A DNA stretch of 64,000 nt from a virus (Duplodnaviria; Caudoviricetes), in the IMG/VR virus record IMGVR_UViG_3300035497_000279, positions 32,001 through 96,000 of that record. One strand, 5' to 3'. Made by a program: the position numbers and the translations under genes. The notes beneath the pieces were generated by a model. It searched no databases. It was not told the DNA's origin and saw only the letters and a program-made list of their open reading frames with translations. Positions 8,201-16,662 of the stretch are shown here, piece by piece. How positions within the stretch are numbered: position 1 is the stretch's first letter; every line of letters begins with the position of its first letter.

Positions 8201-10074
8201 GGGTAAAAAGACTGCACCCTAATTGGAATTTATCTAAAGGAAAACTTGCTTATGTTGTATGCCAGAATTGTGGTACTCGTAATGATATTCTTATAAATAA
8301 AGAACAAACTATAACCGAATCACAATATCCTAAAGCTAGTAAATCTATCAAACTATATCATGGTTCTACAAAACAAGGATTAAAATATATTAGTCCACGA
8401 TCTATAAATATAAAGAAAGAACTTGGTAAGAAAGATTTAGTTTTTGCATCTGATACTAAAGATTTTGCTGCATGTTTCTGCGGTAATTGGAATGATTCTA
8501 TAGCAAGACAGGGTTCTTGGGATGGATGGAATACTGTTACTATTGGAATTTCTGATAAAGTAGATATGGATAAACCATGCTCTTTATATGAATTAGAGAA
8601 TGATGGAGAATTCGAGCAGGTTGCAAGAAAAGAATTTGTATCTGACCACAAAGTTAAAGTGCTAAAAGAAACACAATATAAATCTTATAGAGAAGCATTA
8701 AGAGCTAATGGAATAGAAGTCATATCTTACCAAGAATATCAAGATAGATTAAAAGCTACTAAGAATGAATCTGCTATATTAGAAAGCAGTAATGATTTAT
8801 CGGCAATACTTAAATTTAATCAATATATGCTAGACAAAGAGTATGTAGTAAATTCAGGAAATGGTAAAGTTATTGATCAAGAATCACCTGAAGATTTTTG
8901 CAAGTATTACAGATTAATGAGCCCGAAAGAGTTTGAGAAATTTGGTGGAGGAGTTTGTTGGGATTATGTACCATATGAAGCTTATTATTTTAGCAAGAAC
9001 TTTCCAAATATTAAGTATAAAACCTTTTATCATGTTTTTAATGATAATCATAATTGTCCGACTCATACATTTTTATTATTCTATATGAATAATAAATGCT
9101 ATTGGTTTGAAGCAAGTTGGAAGAAGTATGCTGGAGTATATGAATTTAACTCTGAGATGGATGCATTAAATTATATAGTTTATAATCTTAGTCTATTTGT
9201 GGATAATAATAAAGTGGTTAATGATTACACATGTGAATATAATGCATTAAATCAGAAAATATATGGAATGAATACGATTGAATTTATGAACTATATGGAT
9301 GCATTACCAAAGTATAATTATCAAAAATTTAGTATGTCAAAACCAAATACTATATATAAACCCAGCTCTCCAACTAATAAACTATATAATGAATTATCTC
9401 TATTAGAAGAAGTTGCTATAAATAGTAAATATTTAGAAAGAGATGATTATTGTTACAATCTTGACTTATGGGATCCATTCTCAAATAATATACTTTATAT
9501 TACTGGAGTATCTGGTTCTGGCAAAACTACGTTAGCTATAGATATTGCTAAAGAATTTAACTGTAATATAGTTGAATTGGATGATATTGCTAATTATAAT
9601 TACACTAAATATCTTAATAATGGCAATAAGCAGTCGATTATTTATAATTGCATTAAAAGAAATTGTGCTGGAGCTGAAAGATTCTTTGATACACATAAGT
9701 ATGAGCCATATAATAATCCCAATATTGGTCTTAAAGTATGTAATGACTTCTTAAAATGGTTTATTGAAAATATGAGTAATGATGGCAATCTTTATGTCAT
9801 AAATGGAGCACAGATATATTACATGGTTGAACCATCTTATTTTGCTGATAAACCTATAATAATTAAGAAGAGTGATTTATTTACCTCTATCAATAGAAGG
9901 AGTCAAAGAGAATCAAAAGACCTAAAAACTTACATAAAGAAATATATTGATTTTCTTGCTAAGAGTCCATATAGAGATGCTCAAAGAAGTGCTGTTACAT
10001 TTGCAAAAGATATTGGTAGATTAACTAATGAATCATCTATAGACTATCTATGCTTAGATGATGATGAGGAATAA
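5275..10074 (+). CDS. multi-domain polyprotein (~1600 aa): C2H2 Zn finger + PD-(D/E)XK nuclease (TnsA-N/T4 gp4-like), two related unknown domains, two ADP-ribosyltransferase-like domains, Zn ribbon, transglutaminase-like domain, P-loop kinase
   Basis: CPYC..H...H; YIPDFY...IIEVKD; FYHLVP..GITSL; LYHGST..ISPRS..VFAS; GGVCWDY..THTFL..WFE; ITGVSGSGKTT; modules separated by x-E-S/A linkers. ATG 5275 preferred over GTG 5266 on RBS spacing. Confidence 0.8.
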   Translation: MSSKRYKCPYCNERLDRAKLIKHVDKSHQELIPDTFTATQVVYNSVNKTTGGKCRVCGRLTKWDESKGRYEVLCNDPRCKQKLRDDYKKNMLRVKGTYNILNDPEQQKLMLANRSISGEYQFQDGGKVGYTGSYEKKCLEFMDVVMNIKSDDIMSPGPTMEYEYNGEKHVYIPDFYYIPYNLIIEVKDGGSNKNAKDSPSMKASREKTIEKERLITDKGVYNYVRLTDNQFAQLIEIFMDIKEKLINGDPSKTVRVNENTADILMENVFEEAGFIGGKELKESVFIESENPTRYFVSDKELSNAPVGGNENPVSAICLYASRNIGNSYSTKDGINTTVRSKFKQQVYFYKFNTNDRSFDLEYSGTFEDLCDKKGIKIKEINDARKNNHINAYKQAVQLCKQELQKNKAINKHVKFPSTGDNLDRFSAEVGDITIFCINSKTSNNDNDEFKEKVIKPVAKMMTEVNKQLPDGYSMDIKPCYIKGEGYTYALKTTNNLKEAAVITEGVMFAFAGIVLGITVLAELEKAFKKAVNTYYVYMVSDKELKEIPKYGCDSKRAALVQYGYYNLNFRKGDKNILYEDKSTGNVSKKVYLYKFKKDSLILVDYGPFDILCASNKIEIEPFDKSNSTKNKDTADKAIKYLYNYINSKSDIICGEINWCKVHKDYSWNNAKDRDTKLFHLDLTNKNLKQVNGDIRNILKSCVNYTNKKLPKDYKLILKYGTGDVDCLLLYAGKKRTEESFKESLLESKNEPFYFYHLVPKGANVSNGITSLEYQYNHNIDDFLNNSNKYRARLCNGWGIYPGINPNSLSYSDIHDGINQHRNSVDGCNKIYLFRYAPYKELGAQMKKILSGKDIYRVDVDRLLKDGVITSIDYGYVDSNTDNDRLDEDWYRNISYEDYFKNYTESDPDRLLFSYMNHISVTPKDGVIPKKYLTKINNYNKISEGAGLMIQNYTCYECNYTADETEVQFDQHPDYNRVKRLHPNWNLSKGKLAYVVCQNCGTRNDILINKEQTITESQYPKASKSIKLYHGSTKQGLKYISPRSINIKKELGKKDLVFASDTKDFAACFCGNWNDSIARQGSWDGWNTVTIGISDKVDMDKPCSLYELENDGEFEQVARKEFVSDHKVKVLKETQYKSYREALRANGIEVISYQEYQDRLKATKNESAILESSNDLSAILKFNQYMLDKEYVVNSGNGKVIDQESPEDFCKYYRLMSPKEFEKFGGGVCWDYVPYEAYYFSKNFPNIKYKTFYHVFNDNHNCPTHTFLLFYMNNKCYWFEASWKKYAGVYEFNSEMDALNYIVYNLSLFVDNNKVVNDYTCEYNALNQKIYGMNTIEFMNYMDALPKYNYQKFSMSKPNTIYKPSSPTNKLYNELSLLEEVAINSKYLERDDYCYNLDLWDPFSNNILYITGVSGSGKTTLAIDIAKEFNCNIVELDDIANYNYTKYLNNGNKQSIIYNCIKRNCAGAERFFDTHKYEPYNNPNIGLKVCNDFLKWFIENMSNDGNLYVINGAQIYYMVEPSYFADKPIIIKKSDLFTSINRRSQRESKDLKTYIKKYIDFLAKSPYRDAQRSAVTFAKDIGRLTNESSIDYLCLDDDEE

Positions 10075-10100
10075 GAATATCATAGTTAATAAAAATTTAT

Positions 10101-10124
10101 TAGGCTAGGTTAAATCCTAGCCTA
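10101..10124 (+). terminator. intrinsic terminator (GGCTAGG family)
   Basis: TAGGCTAGG-ttaaat-CCTAGCCTA plus T tract. Confidence 0.75.
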
Positions 10125-10193
10125 ATCTTTTTGTATTTATAGGAGCTTAAACTTAGAGGTAATAAACTATAAAATATTTGGAGGTGATATGAT

Positions 10194-10487
10194 ATGGTAG
10201 ACACCCAATTACAAGAATTATTAAAAGAATTAGAATGCATTGTCATTAATTCAATATGCCATAATTGTACAGATTATTATCAATTTACGGCTCAATATAA
10301 TGAAATATTGCATAATTATGCTGAATATTGGAATAGAATAAATTATGGGGAAGAAATTGAACTGGTGTTTAACTTAGATGAAGAGGCTAGTGAAAGATCA
10401 CATGTGATAGGTAATTTAACTATTACTGGGCCTGGAGCTGATTATTTTAAATCTATTATTCGAGATGGGGTTAATTATAATAACTAA
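10194..10487 (+). CDS. hypothetical protein
   Basis: GGAGGTG RBS; AACT-N6-TAA motif at 10150-10162. Confidence 0.75.
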   Translation: MVDTQLQELLKELECIVINSICHNCTDYYQFTAQYNEILHNYAEYWNRINYGEEIELVFNLDEEASERSHVIGNLTITGPGADYFKSIIRDGVNYNN

Positions 10488-10538
10488 AATGATTATATAT
10501 TATATTTTTGTAATAGTATAATAAAATTATATTTAATA

Positions 10539-11021
10539 ATGAGGTTTAATATGGATGATAAAGAATTTATTAAACAAAAAGTAATTAAAGCTATTAAGCT
10601 TAGAGCAGCACTTATCAAAGATATGCAGGATCTTGGTATTAAATCTTTATGGGAAAATGTACCAAAACTAAATCATTATAATAGTGCAAAGCAGTATACT
10701 AGTTTAGTAATTGCGTACTCTAATCGTTATCCTGAAAAAATCTATACTCCGATTGGTTATATTAATATCACAACTAGTGACACTGTATACGCCACTAATA
10801 AAAACTCCAGTACACAAACTATGAATCTTATTACTAGCAAATATGGATTTGAACTTGCTTACGTAATGCAAACGTATGATTTCGGATCTTTTGGTCCATG
10901 GTATTCTGAGGATGGTGAAATACATGATGTTAGTAGTAATTTAAACGACTATGAATGTGAAGATATATATGAAGAAGCGTTACAGGAGGCTGCATATGAT
11001 AGCACCAATACGTATTGGTAA
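10539..11021 (+). CDS. hypothetical protein (start possibly 10551)
   Basis: ORF after early motif at 10494-10504. Confidence 0.7.
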   Translation: MRFNMDDKEFIKQKVIKAIKLRAALIKDMQDLGIKSLWENVPKLNHYNSAKQYTSLVIAYSNRYPEKIYTPIGYINITTSDTVYATNKNSSTQTMNLITSKYGFELAYVMQTYDFGSFGPWYSEDGEIHDVSSNLNDYECEDIYEEALQEAAYDSTNTYW

Positions 11022-11072
11022 TCAATTGTTTGAACAGAATTGTAGAATTTATATAATAAGGAGGATATAAAA

Positions 11073-11372
11073 ATGGCAGTATGTGAGTATTGTAACAATG
11101 AAATGCTTAGTGGTTCATCGTGTCTCTCGACGTTAGTTATTAATGGGTCAAGATATCAAAGAATAAAATATGGAGATCCAAATGATTTGTATCCAGATAT
11201 TGCTGATAAAACTAGTTGTCCTGATTGTGCTTGTCTTAAAGGTGCGTATCATCATTGGTTGTGTGATATGGAACGATGCCCAAAATGTGGTAATCAGTTA
11301 CTTATGTGCGATTGTGATGTGTATATGGATTCAGGACACATGTGTACTAAAGTCACAGATAAAGAATCATAA
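11073..11372 (+). CDS. cysteine-rich zinc-binding protein
   Basis: CEYC...CPDC....G.YHH..CDMERCPKCG.QLL.CDC. Confidence 0.75.
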   Translation: MAVCEYCNNEMLSGSSCLSTLVINGSRYQRIKYGDPNDLYPDIADKTSCPDCACLKGAYHHWLCDMERCPKCGNQLLMCDCDVYMDSGHMCTKVTDKES

Positions 11373-11393
11373 TTTAAAACTGGAGGAAAATAT

Positions 11394-12053
11394 ATGATAC
11401 TGGTAAATAGAGACGAAATTAGTAAGGTATATGATATGATGAATCTTATGAATGAATATTTTGATGAAACTAATCATATCCCGCCACAGAATGTTTTCTA
11501 TTCAACATGTGTTACATTTTTGGATGAGAATGATACTTTAGATTTAGAGGGATTCTTTAATAAGATTATCATGCAGATAAATGTATTGTATGATATGGTA
11601 TATAATTTTAGTGAAACTAATAATGATTCGAAAGAATCAGAGATGGATAGAATTATAAATAAATATTCAAAAGAAGAAATCTTACCGATAGCATCAGAAT
11701 TATTTGTAATTTTTGAATATTTATTACCATCTGAGTATGGAATTTTGCATAAAATGATGCATCGTTCAGACTGCGAGAGATTGAAAGGATGGTTGGATAC
11801 GACTATCAAAGTCAATTACGATTATGATCCAAAGAGGGATCTAGCTAAGTGTATTCATAAGCTAGTAAGTCAATTGCGTTATTTATCAATGCATACAAAT
11901 GGTTATGTAAAAAATGATTACTATAAGTCTGTTTCATTTAATTATATTGAATGCTTAAGAGTTGTACTTAAATACATAGGTATGGGAAGTAAAGAGTTCT
12001 TTAATATGGTAAGAGCTATATGTGCTTTGTATACCAAAAAGTTACAACTGTAA
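11394..12053 (+). CDS. hypothetical protein, paralog of 13049
   Basis: Shared ILPIASELFVIFE and FFNM..A.C motifs. Confidence 0.8.
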   Translation: MILVNRDEISKVYDMMNLMNEYFDETNHIPPQNVFYSTCVTFLDENDTLDLEGFFNKIIMQINVLYDMVYNFSETNNDSKESEMDRIINKYSKEEILPIASELFVIFEYLLPSEYGILHKMMHRSDCERLKGWLDTTIKVNYDYDPKRDLAKCIHKLVSQLRYLSMHTNGYVKNDYYKSVSFNYIECLRVVLKYIGMGSKEFFNMVRAICALYTKKLQL

Positions 12054-12079
12054 AACACAAATTATATACCTAAAGGAGG

Positions 12080-12556
12080 ATGATTAAAATGAAGGTAGAA
12101 TATAATATTAAGGTAAAAGCATTAACTTATGATTTAGGATGTAAAATCTTTAATCAGACTTACAGCACATTAGAATCAATGTGTAATTCTTTAGAGAATA
12201 TGAATGTAAACTTTTATCATAAGATCAAGAAAACGAAATACGGATTCAATTTAAAAATCTCTGAAGGAGATGTTTATCCGTCAATTGGTTTTATTAGAAA
12301 GTATGGTACTCATACAAGGTCGACATACTCTGCTGATAACAATTTTGTTATTAAAATTGAATGTAATAATGCTAAAAAAGCAGAGTCATTATCAAGAGAT
12401 ATTTATAATAGACTCGTAGATTCATTTGACTATGAACTTGGCAAAATCACTTATGATGTAGGGTATGACGCAACGATAAAAATAATATTCAGAGCAGACT
12501 CAGATTGTATGCCAATCTTGTTACTTTTACGAAACAGAGAAAACATAAGGGGGTAA
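12080..12556 (+). CDS. hypothetical protein, paralog of 12561 (start likely 12089)
   Basis: MKV.Y.I, PSIGFI, NNF.I.I.C shared. Confidence 0.8.
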   Translation: MIKMKVEYNIKVKALTYDLGCKIFNQTYSTLESMCNSLENMNVNFYHKIKKTKYGFNLKISEGDVYPSIGFIRKYGTHTRSTYSADNNFVIKIECNNAKKAESLSRDIYNRLVDSFDYELGKITYDVGYDATIKIIFRADSDCMPILLLLRNRENIRG

Positions 12557-12560
12557 ATGT

Positions 12561-13034
12561 ATGAAGGTGCAGTATAGTATTATAGCAAAAGCAGAAAATG
12601 CTGAATTGTTGCATAGAATTGAGAATCAGGCTTTAAATGCTATTAAGTCTATTTCTAGTGATAATAAATTGGGTATTGAAACTGGTGCATTAAATGAACA
12701 AATTGGGTTTTATTTAATAACCACTCAAGAGGTTGAAGATGACACCAATATTATATGCCCATCAATTGGGTTTATTCAGGAAGAAGGAGTCAATAGAGAG
12801 CATGGTTCTATTTATTTTAATAATTTTGATATAACGATTGCTTGTTCTAATCATGAATTGATTAATAGAACCTATATTGGAATGCATAATAAATTATGTG
12901 GATTACCAGACTATATGGATAATAATGTTATACTTCGTATGGAAGATAAAATAACTGTACGGTTTTTACCGGAGTCAAGATGTATACCAGTATTTTTATT
13001 CCTACAATATCAAAATCCTATGTTTAGCGTATAA
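12561..13034 (+). CDS. hypothetical protein, paralog of 12080
   Basis: MKVQYSI, PSIGFI, NNFDITIAC. Confidence 0.8.
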   Translation: MKVQYSIIAKAENAELLHRIENQALNAIKSISSDNKLGIETGALNEQIGFYLITTQEVEDDTNIICPSIGFIQEEGVNREHGSIYFNNFDITIACSNHELINRTYIGMHNKLCGLPDYMDNNVILRMEDKITVRFLPESRCIPVFLFLQYQNPMFSV

Positions 13035-13048
13035 GGAGGCGAAATAGT

Positions 13049-13693
13049 ATGTTATTATGCAAAAACGATATCAATGAGACTTTCGATACAATAACTATTC
13101 TTGATAATTATTGTACCAAAAATAATACAATATTGGACAACGCTGCATTAGATGCATGTAAAGTAACTTTCGGAGGTAGAAAAATATGCTTACCAAAATT
13201 ATTTAAATATCTTAATAAATATATAATGCAAGTATATACTAACGTATGTACCAATTTAGCAATGAAAGAATCGAGGATTATAGATTATGAAATCAATGCT
13301 TATGCTTTAAGAAATATATTGCCAATAGCATCAGAATTATTTGTTATATTTGAAATTGGACTCCCATATATTTATAATACATTAAGAATACCAATTCATG
13401 ACTATATCTGTAATATCGATATGGATAAATTTTACAATATGCTCCATTTTTATAATTGCTCTACTAAATTAATTAATGAATTACAAAATGCAGAGCGATA
13501 TACAGATACAGATAATCCTAATGAATATATAGATTTAATTAGGCGCTATTATCTTAAATGGATTGAAATTATTATAGTTGTTACAGGAATAACCAACAAA
13601 CAATTTTTCAATATGACATGGGCTGTATGCATTAATTATTTGAAGTTGGGCAATAAAGATATTGACAAATACTTGTATGATGATATATTGTAG
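13049..13693 (+). CDS. hypothetical protein, paralog of 11394
   Basis: ILPIASELFVIFE; AAGGAGG RBS. Confidence 0.8.
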   Translation: MLLCKNDINETFDTITILDNYCTKNNTILDNAALDACKVTFGGRKICLPKLFKYLNKYIMQVYTNVCTNLAMKESRIIDYEINAYALRNILPIASELFVIFEIGLPYIYNTLRIPIHDYICNIDMDKFYNMLHFYNCSTKLINELQNAERYTDTDNPNEYIDLIRRYYLKWIEIIIVVTGITNKQFFNMTWAVCINYLKLGNKDIDKYLYDDIL

Positions 13694-13709
13694 ATATCTA
13701 AATACTAAC

Positions 13710-13735
13710 AAGGATAGTGTATATGCACTATCCTT
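13710..13735 (+). terminator. intrinsic terminator
   Basis: AAGGATAGTG..CACTATCCTT plus T tract. Confidence 0.75.
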
Positions 13736-13759
13736 ACTTGTTTTTTGTTTATTTTTAAT

Positions 13760-13783
13760 TATATATTATATATGTAGTAGTAG
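13760..13783 (+). promoter_or_regulatory. early-type promoter with GTAGTAG leader
   Basis: TATATATTATA followed by GTAGTAGTAG. Confidence 0.65.
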
Positions 13784-13814
13784 CAAATAATATTCAATAT
13801 AAGGAGGGAAAGAT

Positions 13815-14132
13815 ATGAAGATATTAAACTATACGCCACACGAAATTAACTTGATTAAAGAAAACGGGTACAGCATTTCAATACCATCAACAGGTATAGC
13901 TCGTGTATCAAGTACTGAAAAGGTAGTTTCTACCTTGGATGGTATTACAGAAACAGAAACAGTATACGGTGAGGTAGAAGGTCTTCCTGCTCCGGCAGAT
14001 GATACTATTATCATCGTATCCCGCCTTGTATTATCAAGGTGCCCTGATAGATCTGACTTTCGGGCTCCAGGTTTACAGGTACGTGATGATGAAGGCAGAG
14101 TAATTGGTTGCAAGTCCCTGGCTCGCAATTAA
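13815..14132 (+). CDS. Crn4-like cyclic oligoadenylate ring nuclease (putative anti-type III CRISPR)
   Basis: NYTPH...IPS.G.ARV...V.GLP.P...IIVS..V...R.D..P...VRD..GRVIGC..L pattern, recalled as the Crn4 family signature. Confidence 0.6.
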   Translation: MKILNYTPHEINLIKENGYSISIPSTGIARVSSTEKVVSTLDGITETETVYGEVEGLPAPADDTIIIVSRLVLSRCPDRSDFRAPGLQVRDDEGRVIGCKSLARN

Positions 14133-14140
14133 TTACAATA

Positions 14141-14169
14141 AAGGGCTCGCTTCGGCGGGCTTCTTTTTT
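14141..14169 (+). terminator. intrinsic terminator
   Basis: GGGCTCGC-TTCG-GCGGGCTT plus T tract. Confidence 0.8.
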
Positions 14170-14278
14170 GTCTATTATCTACGTTCCTGAGGTTGAAATT
14201 GTAAAAGTTGTAAATTTCAGCTATATAATATAATGATGTAAAAGTAGTAGTAATACATATTTTAAGGAGGAAATTCTT

Positions 14279-14698
14279 ATGAGAAAAGAAGTTAAACGCA
14301 TTTATCAAACAGCACAGAAGTACATGACACATGAGAACAAAAAAATGAGGAGAACATCCTCGAAGCCAGAATACCCACTGGTTGACGACATGCTGAACGG
14401 GGCTAGACATCTTAGTTATTCAACAGACGGCATGGAGTTAAACATCATCGTCGGTGAAAAATACTGTATGGTATATGTATCCGATGATGAAAGCATTGAA
14501 TCACTGAAGCTCACAGCGTACGAGTACAAACTCGTAAAAGAGCACATCAGGAGGCAGAGGGATGATGCAATCATGCGGCTCCAGCAGATGAGAGATGACT
14601 ATAAAATGAGCAAAATGATCGCATTGATTAACGAGCAGATTGATAAAAGGGAGGCTGAGAAGTATTGCAGGAATCTGCCGGCACTTAAGAAAAACTAG
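14279..14698 (+). CDS. hypothetical early protein
   Basis: Early motif 14222, AAGGAGG RBS, terminator 14705-14723. Confidence 0.8.
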   Translation: MRKEVKRIYQTAQKYMTHENKKMRRTSSKPEYPLVDDMLNGARHLSYSTDGMELNIIVGEKYCMVYVSDDESIESLKLTAYEYKLVKEHIRRQRDDAIMRLQQMRDDYKMSKMIALINEQIDKREAEKYCRNLPALKKN

Positions 14699-14858
14699 CA
14701 ACATGGGGGTCTCTTGACCCCCTAATATTTTTTATTAATTTCGTTTATTTTTTATTACTTTATTCTATGATCCAATTGGGCGATAATAATAAAAATTAAT
14801 TGTATAATATTATTGTGTAGTAGTATAAAAATATAATATATCTAAAGGAGGGAAGATT

Positions 14859-15410
14859 ATGAATAATACTACAGCTGAGGTATTGATTAAAGGTATCGAG
14901 AACGGCACTATTAAATTAATAAAGTTCGCAAACACGGTATACGAGAGAATATCTGAATACGTATGGATGTACAGAAAACTTGACGATGGTAAGTCTGAAG
15001 GTGTAATGCTAAGTGATTATATTATCAAAAATATAAAGATATTTAACGAGAATGATTTTAAATTTGTGAATTTTTATCAGTTTACGATGAATGACATAAT
15101 GTGCACTCCAAACAGAATCATCTCACCAGAAATTGCAGAGATGATGGATAGTATTGTAATGCATCGTGATAATGTTGATTCAGTATCTGTAGGTGATGGC
15201 GAGTCAGTGTTTACATGGTATAACGTTGAAGGTGGTGATCACTGGATTGAGAGGGAACAGCATTTCGTAGATGGTGATGAGGTAAGTTGTAAAAGACGAA
15301 CCGTTGATTCTGTTAGCATTATTGAAACTATCTATAGGATTGAATATGCTAAAAAGGAAATGCAAGAAAAATTAAACATGTTTGAGAATTCAATAGCATA
15401 CTCCTCTTGA
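14859..15410 (+). CDS. hypothetical early protein, paralog of 15545
   Basis: MNNTTAE..KGIE.GTIK..YERISEY.W shared; duplicated promoter and terminator. Confidence 0.85.
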   Translation: MNNTTAEVLIKGIENGTIKLIKFANTVYERISEYVWMYRKLDDGKSEGVMLSDYIIKNIKIFNENDFKFVNFYQFTMNDIMCTPNRIISPEIAEMMDSIVMHRDNVDSVSVGDGESVFTWYNVEGGDHWIEREQHFVDGDEVSCKRRTVDSVSIIETIYRIEYAKKEMQEKLNMFENSIAYSS

Positions 15411-15417
15411 ATATGTT

Positions 15418-15451
15418 TATGGCTAGGGTTATTCCCTGGCCATATTTTTTT
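15418..15451 (+). terminator. intrinsic terminator (identical copy at ~16107-16140)
   Basis: ATGGCTAGGG-ttatt-CCCTGGCCAT plus T tract. Confidence 0.8.
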
Positions 15452-15544
15452 GTTATATTATAATGCAAGAGTAATAGTATAAAAAATTAATTGCATAATA
15501 TTATTGTGTAGTAGTATAAAAATATAATCAAGGAGGGAAATATT

Positions 15545-16102
15545 ATGAATAATACTACAGCAGAAATACTTGTAAAAGGCATTGAGGACGGAACTATTAA
15601 AATTATAACATGCGGTAATATGACATACGAGAGAATATCTGAATACGCATGGATATATAACAGGAATGATGTAGATGGTAACATCGAGGGGGTAATATTC
15701 CGCAACGACCTGATTGACAGAGTAAAAACAATTGAAGATGATGATCCTGATGTATATTTTTATCGGTTTACCATGAATGACATACTATGCGCGTCTGACA
15801 GAATCATATCTCCAAAGAAGGCGGAGATTTTTGATGCGGCAATAATGCATCATGATCGTTTGGATTGTATATACGGAGGAGATGGTAGAGTAAACTACAC
15901 ATGGCATAGTGTAGACGATGGCACAGATCATTGGCTTGAGATTAGGGAGGAATATTATAACAATAAAAGAAAGCCAATTACAGATCTCACAGTAACTACA
16001 CTTCATCTCGTGGAAACAATGGTGAGGATGGAGTATTCGAAAAGGGAGTTGGAAGAAAGATTAAACCTGTTCGAGTCAGGAAGCATACGTTATTCTGAAT
16101 AA
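15545..16102 (+). CDS. hypothetical early protein, paralog of 14859
   Basis: Clear end-to-end similarity with 14859. Confidence 0.85.
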   Translation: MNNTTAEILVKGIEDGTIKIITCGNMTYERISEYAWIYNRNDVDGNIEGVIFRNDLIDRVKTIEDDDPDVYFYRFTMNDILCASDRIISPKKAEIFDAAIMHHDRLDCIYGGDGRVNYTWHSVDDGTDHWLEIREEYYNNKRKPITDLTVTTLHLVETMVRMEYSKRELEERLNLFESGSIRYSE

Positions 16103-16249
16103 TATTTATGGCTAGGGTTATTCCCTGGCCATATTTTTTTGCTATATTCTATGATTCCGAATGGTATTAGTCTGTAAAACCTATTAATTTCAGCTATATA
16201 ATATAATGGTGTAAAAGTAGTAGTAATAATATCCTAAGGAGGGAAAACT

Positions 16250-16525
16250 ATGTTAAACGAAAAAATTATGAGGTACTATAATAATGTTAGAGGAGTCATT
16301 GCAGACGCAGTAGCTAAAATAACAAAAAATGATTGGAAGGAGCTAAGTAAATTATTTGCATCATCGTCAACATATAGCACATACGATTCTGATAGATTAA
16401 TACAACAGATCGTATACTTTTGCAAAATTTATTTATATGATCTGACGTCAGGAGCGGTTCCGGAGTTTAATGATTTCGAGTTAAATTTTATGGTTAGGAT
16501 GTTTATATTGGAACATCTCGACTAG
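16250..16525 (+). CDS. hypothetical early protein
   Basis: Promoter/leader nearly identical to that of 14279; RBS; terminator ~16532-16562. Confidence 0.8.
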   Translation: MLNEKIMRYYNNVRGVIADAVAKITKNDWKELSKLFASSSTYSTYDSDRLIQQIVYFCKIYLYDLTSGAVPEFNDFELNFMVRMFILEHLD

Positions 16526-16662
16526 AAAAATGAGGGTAGCAAAAGCTATCCTTATTTTTTTCACTAATATTATTTTTTATCTTATATACTCTAATCTACA
16601 ATTAAGTATACTTTTAATTATATATTATATATAAGTATAAATACAAAAGAAAGGAGTAAAAA

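Noticed and set aside
14859-16102. Diversity-generating retroelement template/variable repeat
   Set aside because: Divergence is not adenine-specific and no reverse transcriptase is present in the window
13700-16560. CRISPR array suggested by recurring intergenic repeats
   Set aside because: Repeats are promoters and terminators separated by whole genes, not by 30-40 nt spacers; no cas genes
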